This document shows, piece by piece, positions 36,390 to 47,448 of a stretch of DNA of 64,000 bases (its first letter is position 1; each line of letters starts with the position of its first letter). Source of the stretch: Gammaproteobacteria bacterium (lineage in GTDB: Bacteria > Pseudomonadota > Gammaproteobacteria > Steroidobacterales > PWYM01); NCBI GenBank assembly GCA_020832005.1, contig JAFIFN010000004.1, positions 5,662-69,661 on the forward strand. The letters are read 5' to 3'. Made by a program: the position numbers and the translations under genes. The notes beneath the pieces were generated by a model. That model was given only the letters and a program-made list of their open reading frames with translations. It was not told the origin of the DNA and ran no database searches.

Positions 36390-38024
36390 TCAATCACGCT
36401 CCTGCCCCTCCAGCAACGCCTGTACCTGCGCCAGCGAATCCGCATCCTTCGGCCCCAGGTCCTCGCGCCATCGCCGGATTCTTGGAAACCGCAGCGCCAC
36501 CCCGGAGCGGTGACGCGCCGAGTGCGCGATGCCCTCAAAGGCCAGCTCGAACACCTGCAGGGGCTCGACCTGTCGCACCGGCCCGAAGCGCTCGAGCGTG
36601 TGCTTGCGGATCCACCGATCCAGGCGCACGATTTCCGTATCCGCCAAGCCCGAGTAGGCCTTGGCGACAGGCACGAGGTCTTCGTCCTGCCAGACGGCAA
36701 AGGTGTAGTCAGTGTACAGACTGGCGCGGCGGCCGTGACCCGCCTGCGCGTAAATCATCACCGCATCCAGCGTCAACGGTTCGATCTTCCACTTCCACCA
36801 GTCGCCGCGCGCGCGCCCGACCTGGTAGGGCGAGTCGTGGCGCTTGAGCATCAGGCCTTCGACACCCAGCTCGCGCGATCGCGCCCGGGCTTCGGTCAAA
36901 GACGGCCAGTCGTCGGCATCCAGCAGCGGCGACAGGCCCAGCGCCGGTGGCGCGTCGTCGAGCAACCCTGCGAGGCGCTCGCGCCGTTCCTGCAGCGGTG
37001 CGGCGCGCAGGTCGGCACCTGCGAACTCCAGGAGATCGTAGGCCAGCAGCCGCACCGGCACCTCCTCGCGCAGGCGCTTGCCTGGCTTGAGTCGGCCGAT
37101 GCGCCGTTGCAACGCGGAAAAGGGCAAGGCCTGCCTGTCGCCCGGACGCCATGCCAGCAGTTCGCTGTCAAGCACGCAGCCCTCGGGCAGGGTCTGCAAT
37201 GCGGCCTGCACTTCCGGATAACGCTCGGTGACGAGTTCCTCGCCGCGCGTCCAGATGAAACACTCGCCGCCGCGGCGGATGCACTGGGCGCGGATGCCGT
37301 CCCACTTCCACTCGGCGAGCCAGTCGCCGCGCTGGCCCAGGGCGACCGAAGGATCGGCGTCGGCTTCCAGCGGTGAGGCCAGAAAAAACGGGTAGGGTCG
37401 CGAGGGTTCGGCGCGCGCGTCCGCAGCCGCGAGCAGGCCTTCGAACCAGGTGGCCGTGGGTTGCCATCGGCCCATCAGCCGATGCTGCATGGTCGCCTGC
37501 GGCACATCGGCGAGGCCCGACAGTGCGCGGGCGACGAGCGCGCGCGATACGCCGACGCGCAGGCCACCGGTTAACAGTTTGGTGACCAGGAAAGCCTGTG
37601 CGGGATCCAGTGCACGCCACCAGGCTGTAACAAGCTGTTGGCGCGACTCGGCATCAGCGTCGCGCAGCGACGGCAGGCGCAGTTCAAGCCAGTCGGCCAG
37701 CGAGACGCTATCGACCCCGGCGTCGCAGCCGTGTACGTGTTCGGGGGCCGCCGCCATCAGCAGCGCAATCGTCTCGGCAAGATCGCCAACCGCGGCATAG
37801 GAATCCTCGACCAGCCAGGCCGGGTAGCCGCAGGCACGCTGCAGCCAGTCGCGCAGCTCGGCTGCGCCGACGAGGCGACGCTGACGCCGCCCGGACAGCA
37901 CGTACACCGCCCAGGCGGCATCTCGCGGCGGCACGCTGGCGAAGTACGCGCGCATCGCCGCGACTCGGGCAGTCGTCGAATTTGTCGCATCCAGCGTCTC
38001 GTAGAGTCGGGCGAAAGCCTTCAC
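36390..38024 (-). CDS. ATP-dependent DNA ligase (ligase-associated damage response / cisplatin-response type)
   Basis: 544 aa with the adenylation motif AEWKWDGIRAQ (KxDG) and an N-terminal FARLYETLDATNSTTAR typical of this bacterial ligase family. Confidence 0.9.
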   Translation of the reverse strand: MKAFARLYETLDATNSTTARVAAMRAYFASVPPRDAAWAVYVLSGRRQRRLVGAAELRDWLQRACGYPAWLVEDSYAAVGDLAETIALLMAAAPEHVHGCDAGVDSVSLADWLELRLPSLRDADAESRQQLVTAWWRALDPAQAFLVTKLLTGGLRVGVSRALVARALSGLADVPQATMQHRLMGRWQPTATWFEGLLAAADARAEPSRPYPFFLASPLEADADPSVALGQRGDWLAEWKWDGIRAQCIRRGGECFIWTRGEELVTERYPEVQAALQTLPEGCVLDSELLAWRPGDRQALPFSALQRRIGRLKPGKRLREEVPVRLLAYDLLEFAGADLRAAPLQERRERLAGLLDDAPPALGLSPLLDADDWPSLTEARARSRELGVEGLMLKRHDSPYQVGRARGDWWKWKIEPLTLDAVMIYAQAGHGRRASLYTDYTFAVWQDEDLVPVAKAYSGLADTEIVRLDRWIRKHTLERFGPVRQVEPLQVFELAFEGIAHSARHRSGVALRFPRIRRWREDLGPKDADSLAQVQALLEGQERD

Positions 38025-39118
38025 GAAGGCTCATGCCTGTCAGTGGAGGCACCCCTCTCGCTGATCGAAGCGCCTGCAGCAGCCGCGTCCGTGCCCGGGT
38101 CAATGCTCGCCTCGGCAGCCCCATCCTCGCCAGCAAACAAGGTCTCGAGCGCACCGGCCTCCACGCCCTGTTCGCGCAGGTAGCGCACCAGTGTGTCGCT
38201 CTGGCCGTGGGTGGCGAGTACGCGCTCAGCCCCGGTCTCGCGGATCGTGCGCAGCAGGCCGGGCCAGTCGGCGTGATCCGAAAGCACGAAGCCGCGATCG
38301 AAGCCACGACGGCGGCGCTGGCCGCGAAGACGCATCCAGCCGGAGCAAAAGCCCGTAGAGGCGCCACGAAAGCGCCGCATCCACGGCGTGCCGGCCGCGC
38401 CCGGTGGCGCAATGACCAGCTCGCCTGCCCAGTCACGACGCGTACGCAGATCGACTTGCTCGGTGGGCAGCATCTCGATGCCGGCGCGGCGATAGAGCTT
38501 GGTCAAGGGCGTGACGGCACCATGCAGGAACACGCTGCGATCGGTCAGGCCCGCCAGTTCCGCCAGCACGCGCTGGGCCTTGCCAAGCGCATAGCAGAAC
38601 AGCACGGATGCGCGCCCCTCGGCGCGATTGAGGTCCCACCACTCGAGGATCTCGCGCGCCACGCGCTCGCCCGACGGCCACACGTAAATCGGCAGCGAGA
38701 ACGTCGCCTCGGTGACGAAAGTATTGCAGGGCACGACCTCGAAAGGCGCACAGGTGGGATCCGGATCGCGCTTGTAGTCGCCGGAGACCACCCAGACCTC
38801 GCCGCGGTGCTCGATGCGGATCTGCGCCGAGCCCAGCACATGGCCGGCCGGGTGGAACGACACCTCGACCTCGCCAATGCGCCGGCGCTCACCGTAGGCC
38901 AGCGCGTCGATTCTCGAATCGGCGCCCAGCCGGCGCTGCAGCAGGCTCACCCCTGGGCTTGCGGCCAGATAGCTGCGGCTGCCGTGGCGGGCATGGTCGG
39001 CGTGGGCATGGGTGATCAGCGCGCGCCCGACGGGGCGCCACGGGTCGATGTAGAAATCCCCGGCGGCACAGTACAGACCGTGGTCGGTGGGCCTGACCAG
39101 GGGCTGGCGAGCATCCAT
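38021..39118 (-). CDS. ligase-associated DNA damage response exonuclease (metallo-beta-lactamase/beta-CASP)
   Basis: 365 aa with the HxHxDH motif ITHAHADHARHG. There is a 4-nt ATGA overlap with the ligase start. Confidence 0.85.
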   Translation of the reverse strand: MDARQPLVRPTDHGLYCAAGDFYIDPWRPVGRALITHAHADHARHGSRSYLAASPGVSLLQRRLGADSRIDALAYGERRRIGEVEVSFHPAGHVLGSAQIRIEHRGEVWVVSGDYKRDPDPTCAPFEVVPCNTFVTEATFSLPIYVWPSGERVAREILEWWDLNRAEGRASVLFCYALGKAQRVLAELAGLTDRSVFLHGAVTPLTKLYRRAGIEMLPTEQVDLRTRRDWAGELVIAPPGAAGTPWMRRFRGASTGFCSGWMRLRGQRRRRGFDRGFVLSDHADWPGLLRTIRETGAERVLATHGQSDTLVRYLREQGVEAGALETLFAGEDGAAEASIDPGTDAAAAGASISERGASTDRHEPS

Positions 39119-39149
39119 GCCCGTCGCCTGCGCCGCCGCCGGCCGGCGG

Positions 39150-39938
39150 CTACGAGATGTCGCAGGTGGGGTTCAGGCCCTGGCTCTGAGCTTCACGATA
39201 CAGCTGCATGGCCTGCGGCAGGCGGTTGTTCAGCTGCCGGATCCGCTCGGTACCGGAGGGGTGGGTGGACAGGAAGCTCGGCGGGCCGCCGCGACCGCTG
39301 GCCTCGGCCATGTTCTGCCAAAGTTTCACCGAGGCGGCCGGGTTGAAGCCGGCACGTGCCATGTAATCCAGGCCGAGCAGATCAGCCTCGGTTTCCTGGG
39401 CGCGGTCGAAGGGCAGCAGCACGCCCACCTGGGCACCCAGGCCCAGCAACGCAGCCGTCTGCTGCGTGCCGCTGGCCGTGCCCAGCACATTGACGGCAAA
39501 GCCGGTGGCCTGGTGACGCGAGACGCGTTCGGCGCCGTGACGGGCGGTGACATGGGCGATCTCGTGGCCGATCACGGCGGCCAGCTGGTGCTGGTCCTCG
39601 GCAACCCTCGTCATACCCTCGAAGACGCCGATGAAGCCACCAGGCAGGGCAAAGGCGTTGATCGAGTCATCAGCAAACACCGTGACCTCCCAGGTCTGCG
39701 GCGCGTGCGGCTCCTGCAGGTGGACGATGATGGCCTCGGTGATGCAGTTGATGCGATTGACCATTGCGCGGTTACGCGACATCGGCATCTCTGCCTGCAT
39801 CTGCCGGTAGGACTGCTGCCCCATGCGGTTGATTTCGCTGTCGGAAATCAGGATCAGCTGGGAACGCCCGGTCGGTGACGACGCACAGGCCGTGATCAGG
39901 GCCGTGGCAGCGGCCAGTAGCAAAATCTTCATGGACAT
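39150..39938 (-). CDS. M48-family zinc metallopeptidase lipoprotein
   Basis: 262 aa from ATG 39938, with GGAG upstream. Carries lipobox LITACAS and the HExxH motif GHEIAHVTARH. Confidence 0.85.
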   Translation of the reverse strand: MSMKILLLAAATALITACASSPTGRSQLILISDSEINRMGQQSYRQMQAEMPMSRNRAMVNRINCITEAIIVHLQEPHAPQTWEVTVFADDSINAFALPGGFIGVFEGMTRVAEDQHQLAAVIGHEIAHVTARHGAERVSRHQATGFAVNVLGTASGTQQTAALLGLGAQVGVLLPFDRAQETEADLLGLDYMARAGFNPAASVKLWQNMAEASGRGGPPSFLSTHPSGTERIRQLNNRLPQAMQLYREAQSQGLNPTCDIS

Positions 39939-40111
39939 CGCAGCACTCCGCAGATCAGGCATCGCCTTCGATTATAGGGCAGCTTCGCAGGCCAGGGTAC
40001 GCCAGAGCGCTCTGCTACACTGCCTTCGGGCGCCCTGCCTGCTGGCCAAATCATTGAGACCTGCGAAACAAGGGATGGTTTCAGCGCGAGCCTCCCGGGG
40101 CGCATAGCACG

Positions 40112-41290
40112 ATGTTTTCTTCGGAGGCTCGGATATTGGAAGACCGGCGATCCTTTCTCACCCAGCTGATCGACGCCCTGCGCAAGAGCCTGGACGACAC
40201 CTTCAACGTCTTTGGCACCGATGAGGCGGCCCTTGAGCAGCTCGTCGCCACGGGCGTGACCCAACTGCTGGTCTCGCTGATCCTGATCACGATCTTCGTG
40301 ACCGCCTACCTGGTGGTGCGAAAGATACTCAGCGCGCTGATCTCGCGCTTCAAGTGGGGTGCTCAACTGCAGGGCCCGCTGGTGATCGGCCTGCGCTACA
40401 TGTTCTTCCTGCTGACCGCACTGGCCATCATGGCGCAGCTGGGGGTGCAACCCGAGCTGCTGACCGCCGCGGCACGCGCAGCCATCATTGCACTGCTGTT
40501 CTACCTTGCCTGGGCGCTGGTCACGCGCGTGCTGCTGACGCTGCTGGAGCGCTACGATCTCGACCGCTCCATCGAGCAGCTGCTGCGCAACGTCGTCTCC
40601 GTCGTGATCGTCGCGATCGGCATCGTGACCGTGCTTTCGCAGTTCGGGGTCGACATTCTGGCGGTGGTGGCAGGCCTGGGCATCGTCGGGCTGGCGGTAG
40701 GGTTTGCCGCACAGTCCACGTTGTCGAATTTCATTGCCGGCATCACGCTGCTGATCGAGCGGCCGTTCCGGATCGGTGACTGGGTGCGCATCAATGACCA
40801 GGAAGGCAAGGTCATGCGCATCGCGCTGCGCACAACCTGGCTGCGCACCCGCGATAACATCTTCACGATGATTCCCAATGACAGCGTGGCATCGGCCGAC
40901 ATCATCAACTACAGCACCGAGGGCCCGGTGCGCATCCGCATTCCCGTGGGTATTGCCTACAAGGAATCCATCAAGGCGGCACGCGCGGCCATCATGCCGG
41001 TGCTCGAAGCCCATGAACGGGTGCTGCATGAAGAGGGCATGCAGCCTCGCGTCGTGGCCACGGAACTGGGCGATTCCTCGGTGAACCTGGTGGCGATCTA
41101 CTGGGTCGCCCCGGAACTCTTCGACGTTCAGCCGGGCATCAGCGCACAATTGCTTGAGGGCATCAAGGAGGCGCTGGATGCCGCGGGGATCGAGATTCCG
41201 TTCCCGCACCTGCAGCTGTTCATCGATGACGCCAAGGGGCTGAAGCCGGTGCTGCAACCGCTCTACCCGGTCGAAAAGGCAGAACGCTAG
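40112..41290 (+). CDS. mechanosensitive ion channel family protein (MscS-like)
   Basis: 392 aa with multiple N-terminal TM helices and the MscS beta-domain motif RPFRIGDWVRINDQEGKVMRI..RTTWLRTRDN. Confidence 0.85.
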   Translation: MFSSEARILEDRRSFLTQLIDALRKSLDDTFNVFGTDEAALEQLVATGVTQLLVSLILITIFVTAYLVVRKILSALISRFKWGAQLQGPLVIGLRYMFFLLTALAIMAQLGVQPELLTAAARAAIIALLFYLAWALVTRVLLTLLERYDLDRSIEQLLRNVVSVVIVAIGIVTVLSQFGVDILAVVAGLGIVGLAVGFAAQSTLSNFIAGITLLIERPFRIGDWVRINDQEGKVMRIALRTTWLRTRDNIFTMIPNDSVASADIINYSTEGPVRIRIPVGIAYKESIKAARAAIMPVLEAHERVLHEEGMQPRVVATELGDSSVNLVAIYWVAPELFDVQPGISAQLLEGIKEALDAAGIEIPFPHLQLFIDDAKGLKPVLQPLYPVEKAER

Positions 41291-41503
41291 CGCCTCAGGT
41301 GGCGGATGCCTGTCACACCTGTATCTGCTGACCGAACATGTACTCGGTCAGATCGGAGCATCAGACCGGCGCCCGATGCTCTATGGTAGTATTTTTGCAG
41401 GAAAACCGGTCCGCATGAAGTCAGGACCATGGCCGCAAAGCCGGGTCCTGCCCAGTCCTCTGGAGCATGTATGGCCCAGATACTCTGGTGCTGAGCCACC
41501 GCT

Positions 41504-42847
41504 GTGATTAGAGTCAGGCGAGGCCTGGACCTGCCCGTGGCCGGCGAACCGAGGCAGGCGGTGGAACGGGGCCAGAGCGTGCGCTCGGTGGCCGTTCTGG
41601 GCCCCGATTGTCCGGACCTCAAACCCCGCATGCTGGTCGAAGAAGGCGATCAGGTTCGCCTTGGACAGCCACTGTTCGAAGACCGCCAGCTGGAAGGCGT
41701 GCGCTTCACCGCACCGGCCGGCGGGCGGGTGCGCGCGATCAACCGCGGACACCGGCGGGTGCTGCTCTCGGTGGTCATCGTTGTGTCGGGAGACGACGCC
41801 GAAACTTTCCCGTCGCACAATTCGTCGGGACTCTCCCGCCTGGATCGGGACCGGGTCCAGGAACAACTGCTCGCATCCGGTGAATGGACCGCCATTCGCA
41901 CCCGGCCGTTCGGCAAGGTGCCTGCAGCGGGCACGCAACCCGACGCGATCTTCGTGCCGACCATCGACACCAATCCGCTCGCAGCCGATCCCGATGTCGT
42001 CATAGGAGAACAGCTGCAGGCGTTTCGCGATGGCCTGACAGTGCTCAGCCGGCTCACGGATGGGCCAGTCTGGGTCTGCCGGGCTGCCGGCTCGGAACTG
42101 CCCTCGTTTGCCGGAGAGCCGATTCGCGAAGAGTTCTTCAGCGGCCCGCACCCGGCTGGCAATCCTGGTACCCACATCCACTTTCTCTACCCGGTAGACA
42201 GGGAACGGATCGCCTGGGTCGTGGGCTATCAGGACGTCATCGCCATCGGCCGCCTGTTCGTCAGCGGCCGTATACATACCGACCGCATCATTGCCCTGGC
42301 CGGGCCACAGGTGCGAAACCCACGACTGATCAGGACCCGGGTCGGGGCCTCGCTTGACGATCTTGTTGACGGGGAACTTGCAGCCGGCGAGAACCGGGTG
42401 ATCTCCGGTTCGGTGCTGCATGGACATCATGCGGATGGCCCGATGGCCTACCTGGGTCGCCTCGCCAACCAGGTCTCGGTGCTTCGGGAAGGTCTGGAGC
42501 GCGATCTCCTCGGGTATCTGTCACCCGGCATCAACCGGCACTCGGCGATGAACATCTACCTGTCCCGACTGATGCCGTGGAAACGATTTGCGTTCACGAC
42601 CACCACCAATGGCAGCGAACGGGCCATGGTCCCGCTCGGACAATACGAGGAGGTCATGCCGCTGGACATACTGGCCACGCCGCTGCTGCGCTCGCTGCTG
42701 GTCGGAGACGTCGAGGCCGCCGAAAGCCTCGGCGCGCTGGAGCTGGTGGAGGAGGACCTCGCCCTGTGCACCTACGTCTGTGCCGGGAAATACGAATATG
42801 GCCCGATCCTGCGCGACAACCTGAAGCGCATCGAGCAGGAGGGCTGA
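41504..42847 (+). CDS. nqrA: Na+-translocating NADH-quinone reductase subunit A
   Basis: 447 aa from a GTG start. The N-terminus [15 protein letters not shown] is typical of NqrA. First gene of the nqr operon. Confidence 0.93.
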   Translation: MIRVRRGLDLPVAGEPRQAVERGQSVRSVAVLGPDCPDLKPRMLVEEGDQVRLGQPLFEDRQLEGVRFTAPAGGRVRAINRGHRRVLLSVVIVVSGDDAETFPSHNSSGLSRLDRDRVQEQLLASGEWTAIRTRPFGKVPAAGTQPDAIFVPTIDTNPLAADPDVVIGEQLQAFRDGLTVLSRLTDGPVWVCRAAGSELPSFAGEPIREEFFSGPHPAGNPGTHIHFLYPVDRERIAWVVGYQDVIAIGRLFVSGRIHTDRIIALAGPQVRNPRLIRTRVGASLDDLVDGELAAGENRVISGSVLHGHHADGPMAYLGRLANQVSVLREGLERDLLGYLSPGINRHSAMNIYLSRLMPWKRFAFTTTTNGSERAMVPLGQYEEVMPLDILATPLLRSLLVGDVEAAESLGALELVEEDLALCTYVCAGKYEYGPILRDNLKRIEQEG

Positions 42848-42848
42848 C

Positions 42849-44090
42849 GTGGGCTTGCGCCGGTTCATCGACGAGAGGATCGCACCGCACTTCGAGAAAG
42901 GGGGACGTTTCGAACGCTATTACGTCTTCTACGAGATGTTCGACACGATGCTCTACAGTCCTGCGCGCACTGCGCGTGCCAGCCCCCATGTTCGCGACGG
43001 CATCGACCTGAAAAGGGTCATGATGACGGTATGGATGGCGGCCCTGCCGGCACTGCTGTTCGGCATGTACAACACCGGCTACCAGGCCAACCTCCAGATC
43101 ACCGACTTCGGCTACGACCCGATTCCTGGCTGGCGCACCGATGCTGTCATGACGCTGACCGGCTTCGACCATGCCAGTTTCGCAGCCAATCTGCTGCACG
43201 GTGCCGCGTTCTACGTACCCATTTTCATGGTCACCTACCTGGCAGGATTCATCTGGGAGGGACTGTTCGCCTGGATCCGCGGGCATGAGATCAACGAGGG
43301 CTTCTTCGTCACCGGAATTCTCTTTACGCTGATCGTGCCACCGACGATCCCGCTGTGGCAGGTGTTCCTGGGGGTCAGCTTTGGCGTCGTGATCGGCAAG
43401 GAGGTGTTCGGCGGCACCGGCAAGAACTTCCTGAATCCGGCGCTGGTGGGACGCGCCTTCCTGTTCTTCGCCTATCCTGCGGACATGTCGGGCGATCGGG
43501 TCTGGACTGCGGTCGACGGGTTCAGTGGCGCCACACCGCTGGCAATGGGCGCAGCCGGCGAGTTGAACTACGACGCAGGCCTGACCGGTGTGGCCGGGAC
43601 CTCGGCCGGTGTTGACCTAACGTGGATGCACACGGCGCTGGGCGGCATACAGGGTTCGATCGGTGAGACCTCGACGCTGGTCATCGCGCTGGGGGCGCTG
43701 GTGCTGCTGGCAACCAGGATCGCTTCCTGGCGGATCATGCTGAGCATGCTGCTGGGCATGATCTTCATGGCCCTGGTCTTCAACACGATCGGCAGCGATA
43801 CCAATCCGATGTTCGCAATGCCGTGGTACTGGCACCTCACGCTAGGGGGGTTCGCGTTCGGCCTGGTATTCATGGCCACAGATCCGGTGTCTGCGTCGAT
43901 GACCAACGCCGGGAAGTGGATTTTCGGGATTCTGATCGGCGTGATGGTCGTGCTGATCCGGGTGGTCAATCCGGCCTTTCCGGAAGGGGTGATGCTGGCG
44001 ATCCTCTTCGGTAACCTGTGTGCACCACTGATTGATTATTTTGTGGTGCAGGCCAACATCCGCAGGCGCATGCGCCGCAGGAGGGCATAG
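42849..44090 (+). CDS. nqrB: Na+-NQR subunit B
   Basis: 413 aa, polytopic. Flavinylation motif in DGFSGATPLA. Lies 1 nt after the nqrA stop. Confidence 0.93.
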   Translation: MGLRRFIDERIAPHFEKGGRFERYYVFYEMFDTMLYSPARTARASPHVRDGIDLKRVMMTVWMAALPALLFGMYNTGYQANLQITDFGYDPIPGWRTDAVMTLTGFDHASFAANLLHGAAFYVPIFMVTYLAGFIWEGLFAWIRGHEINEGFFVTGILFTLIVPPTIPLWQVFLGVSFGVVIGKEVFGGTGKNFLNPALVGRAFLFFAYPADMSGDRVWTAVDGFSGATPLAMGAAGELNYDAGLTGVAGTSAGVDLTWMHTALGGIQGSIGETSTLVIALGALVLLATRIASWRIMLSMLLGMIFMALVFNTIGSDTNPMFAMPWYWHLTLGGFAFGLVFMATDPVSASMTNAGKWIFGILIGVMVVLIRVVNPAFPEGVMLAILFGNLCAPLIDYFVVQANIRRRMRRRRA

Positions 44091-44092
44091 GC

Positions 44093-44878
44093 ATGGCCAG
44101 CCGGGATTCAATCGCCAACACGCTGCGCGTCTCCTTCATGGTGTGCCTCGTGTGCGCCATCGTGGTATCGACGGCGGCTGTGAGTCTTCGTGAGGCCCAG
44201 CAGCAAAACCGCCTCCAGTTCCGGCAGACCAATATCCTGCAGGTGGCGGGGATCTATGAGCCCGGCATGGACCTGAGCGCGGCGTTCGAGCGCGTCGAGC
44301 GACGCTTCGTCGAGTTCGAATCCGGCAACTACGTCGATATGCCCGACGACTATGACCCGGTGCGGGCTGCCCGCGATCCGGAAATGGGTCGGACACTGGA
44401 ACGCGACCCTGCAGGTATCCGTCGCCAGCCAAAAGTCGGTGAGGTTTTCCTGGTCCGCGACGAAGCCGATGAAGTCAGCCGGATCATCCTCCCGGTGCAT
44501 GGCTACGGACTGTGGTCGACGATGTACGGGTTCCTGGCCCTGGAGCCGGATGCCAACACCGTGGCCGGCATCAGCTTTTACGAACATGGCGAGACCCCGG
44601 GACTGGGCGGCGACATCGAGAAGCCGCGCTGGCAGCAGCTGTGGGAAGGCAAGCGCCTTTACGATGAGGATGGCGAGGTCGCGATCCGCGTCGTCAAGGG
44701 CGCGGTTCCGGAGGATGCGCCGAACCGGGAGCATCGGGTGGATGGACTGACCGGCGCAACAATCACCAGCGAAGGCGTAAGCCAGCTGGTGCGGTTCTGG
44801 GTGGGTGAGCGCGCTTTCGGGCCCTATCTCGACCGGGTACGTAAGGAAAATCAGCCTGACGGAAATTCTGATGGGTAG
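44093..44878 (+). CDS. nqrC: Na+-NQR subunit C
   Basis: 261 aa with a single N-terminal TM helix and the flavinylation motif DGLTGATITS. Confidence 0.92.
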   Translation: MASRDSIANTLRVSFMVCLVCAIVVSTAAVSLREAQQQNRLQFRQTNILQVAGIYEPGMDLSAAFERVERRFVEFESGNYVDMPDDYDPVRAARDPEMGRTLERDPAGIRRQPKVGEVFLVRDEADEVSRIILPVHGYGLWSTMYGFLALEPDANTVAGISFYEHGETPGLGGDIEKPRWQQLWEGKRLYDEDGEVAIRVVKGAVPEDAPNREHRVDGLTGATITSEGVSQLVRFWVGERAFGPYLDRVRKENQPDGNSDG

Positions 44879-44911
44879 CGTGTTGAAGCGCAGCGCGGAC
44901 AAGGAGTGATC

Positions 44912-45580
44912 ATGGCAACAGCCAAGCTGAAAGGCGTACTGTTCAACCCGATCTTCAACAACAACCCTATCGCGTTGCAGATCCTGGGCATCTGCTCGGC
45001 GCTGGCAATCACCACGACGCTCGAAAACACCGTGACGATGTGTCTGGCGGTGATTTTCGTGCTGACTTTTTCCAATTTCTTCGTCAGCCTGATCCGCAGC
45101 CATATACCGACCAACGTACGAATCATCGTACAGATGACCATCATTACCTCGCTGGTCATCGTGGTCGACCAGGTGCTGCAGGCCTACGCCTATGAGATCA
45201 GCCGACAGCTGTCGGTATTCGTCGGACTGATCATCACGAACTGCATCATCCTCGGCCGGGCCGAGGCCTATGCCATGAACAACTCGCCCGTGGCGTCAGC
45301 CGTCGATGGTTTCGGCAATGCCCTGGGGTATTCCATCGTGCTGCTGTTCGTCGGCGCCTCGCGCGAGCTGTTCGGCTCCGGAACCCTGGCAGGCATAGAG
45401 ATTCTGCGGCCGGTGGCCGAAGGGGGGTGGTACGAGCCCAATGGCATGATGCTGCTGCCGCCCAGCGCGTTTCTGCTGATCGGTGGCTTCATCTGGCTGC
45501 TGCGCGCGTGGAAACCCGAACAGATTGAAGAAACGCCCTTCAGGATTGCGCCCAACTCGCGTCCGGCCCGAGCCTACTGA
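44912..45580 (+). CDS. nqrD: Na+-NQR subunit D
   Basis: 222 aa from ATG 44912, with AAGGAG 5 nt upstream. Polytopic, RnfE-like. Confidence 0.92.
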   Translation: MATAKLKGVLFNPIFNNNPIALQILGICSALAITTTLENTVTMCLAVIFVLTFSNFFVSLIRSHIPTNVRIIVQMTIITSLVIVVDQVLQAYAYEISRQLSVFVGLIITNCIILGRAEAYAMNNSPVASAVDGFGNALGYSIVLLFVGASRELFGSGTLAGIEILRPVAEGGWYEPNGMMLLPPSAFLLIGGFIWLLRAWKPEQIEETPFRIAPNSRPARAY

Positions 45581-45582
45581 GA

Positions 45583-46203
<621 letters not shown>

Positions 46204-46214
46204 GCGTATCGACC

Positions 46215-47441
46215 ATGCTGTTCGAAATCCTCTTCGGGGTGACAACGTTCACGGTGGTGGTGCTGGTGCTGGTCATGGTGATTCTCGCGGCGCGATCGCA
46301 GCTGGTCACCACCGGCGAAGTGCACATTGATATCAATGATGACGCCGACAAACGCATCACCACCAGTGGCGGCGGCAAGCTGCTTGGCACCCTGGCATCC
46401 GAGGGGATTTTCCTGTCATCGGCCTGCGGCGGCGGTGGCACCTGTGGCCAGTGCCGCTGCCAGGTGCTGGAAGGCGGCGGAGATATTCTGCCTACAGAAG
46501 CAGACCACTTCACCCGCACCGAGATCCGCGAGGGCTATCGCCTTTCCTGCCAGGTATCGGTCAAACAGGATCTCAAGATCAAGGTACCGCCGGAGAGTTT
46601 CGATGTCGAGAAGTGGGAGTGCGAAGTCACCTCGAACGAAAACGTCGCGACTTTCATCAAGGAACTCATAGTCAAGCTGCCCGAAGGGGAAAACGTCGCT
46701 TTCCGCGCTGGCGGTTTCATGCAGATGGAGGTGCCGCCGTTTCAGGTGCGGTTCAAGGATTTCGACGTACCGGACGAATTCCGCGAGGACTGGGAAAACC
46801 AGGGGCTGTTCGAACTGGAGGCCAGCAGCGACGAAGAAGTGATTCGTGCCTACTCAATGGCGAATTATCCCGAGGAGCGCGGCAAATTGATTTTCAATGT
46901 CCGCATCGCCACACCGCCACCAGACAGCGGCCTGCCGCCGGGCCTGGTGTCATCCTATGCTTTCGGACTCAAGCCCGGTGACAAGTGCAGGGTGTTCGGT
47001 CCGTTCGGGGACTTTTTCGCCAAGGATACCGACGCCGAGATGATTTTCATCGGCGGTGGCGCGGGTATGGCGCCGATGCGCTCACACATCTTCGATCAAC
47101 TGCTGCGCCTGAAGTCGAAACGCAAGATTACGTTCTGGTATGGCGCGCGTTCCTATCGGGAAGCGTTCTATATCGAGGACTTCGACAAGCTGGCCGAGGA
47201 CCACGATAACTTCAGCTGGCATCTTGCGCTCTCCGATCCGCTGCCGGAGGACGACTGGGAAGGCCTCACCGGGTTCATCCACAAGGTGCTGTATGACAAC
47301 TACCTGAAGGATCACCCGGCACCCGAAGACTGCGAGTACTACATCTGTGGTCCGCCGATGATGCTCTCGGCCTGCCGGGAGATGCTCTGGAATCTTGGTG
47401 TGGAACCGGAGAACATCCTGTTCGACGATTTCGGCGGCTGA
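46215..47441 (+). CDS. nqrF: Na+-NQR subunit F
   Basis: 408 aa with an N-terminal TM helix, 2Fe-2S ferredoxin cysteines [12 protein letters not shown], the [12 protein letters not shown] motif and an NADH-binding domain. Confidence 0.94.
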   Translation: MLFEILFGVTTFTVVVLVLVMVILAARSQLVTTGEVHIDINDDADKRITTSGGGKLLGTLASEGIFLSSACGGGGTCGQCRCQVLEGGGDILPTEADHFTRTEIREGYRLSCQVSVKQDLKIKVPPESFDVEKWECEVTSNENVATFIKELIVKLPEGENVAFRAGGFMQMEVPPFQVRFKDFDVPDEFREDWENQGLFELEASSDEEVIRAYSMANYPEERGKLIFNVRIATPPPDSGLPPGLVSSYAFGLKPGDKCRVFGPFGDFFAKDTDAEMIFIGGGAGMAPMRSHIFDQLLRLKSKRKITFWYGARSYREAFYIEDFDKLAEDHDNFSWHLALSDPLPEDDWEGLTGFIHKVLYDNYLKDHPAPEDCEYYICGPPMMLSACREMLWNLGVEPENILFDDFGG

Positions 47442-47448
47442 GCGCCCC

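Noticed and set aside
41328-41395. Two hairpins after the MscS gene (CTGACCGA-N8-TCGGTCAG and GAGCATC-N12-GATGCTC) followed by tattttt. They could form a possible terminator or nqr leader structure.
   Set aside because: The T-tract is short and separated from the second stem by about 9 nt, and the loops are large. The structure is plausible, but I cannot support a specific call without folding energies or 3-prime end data.
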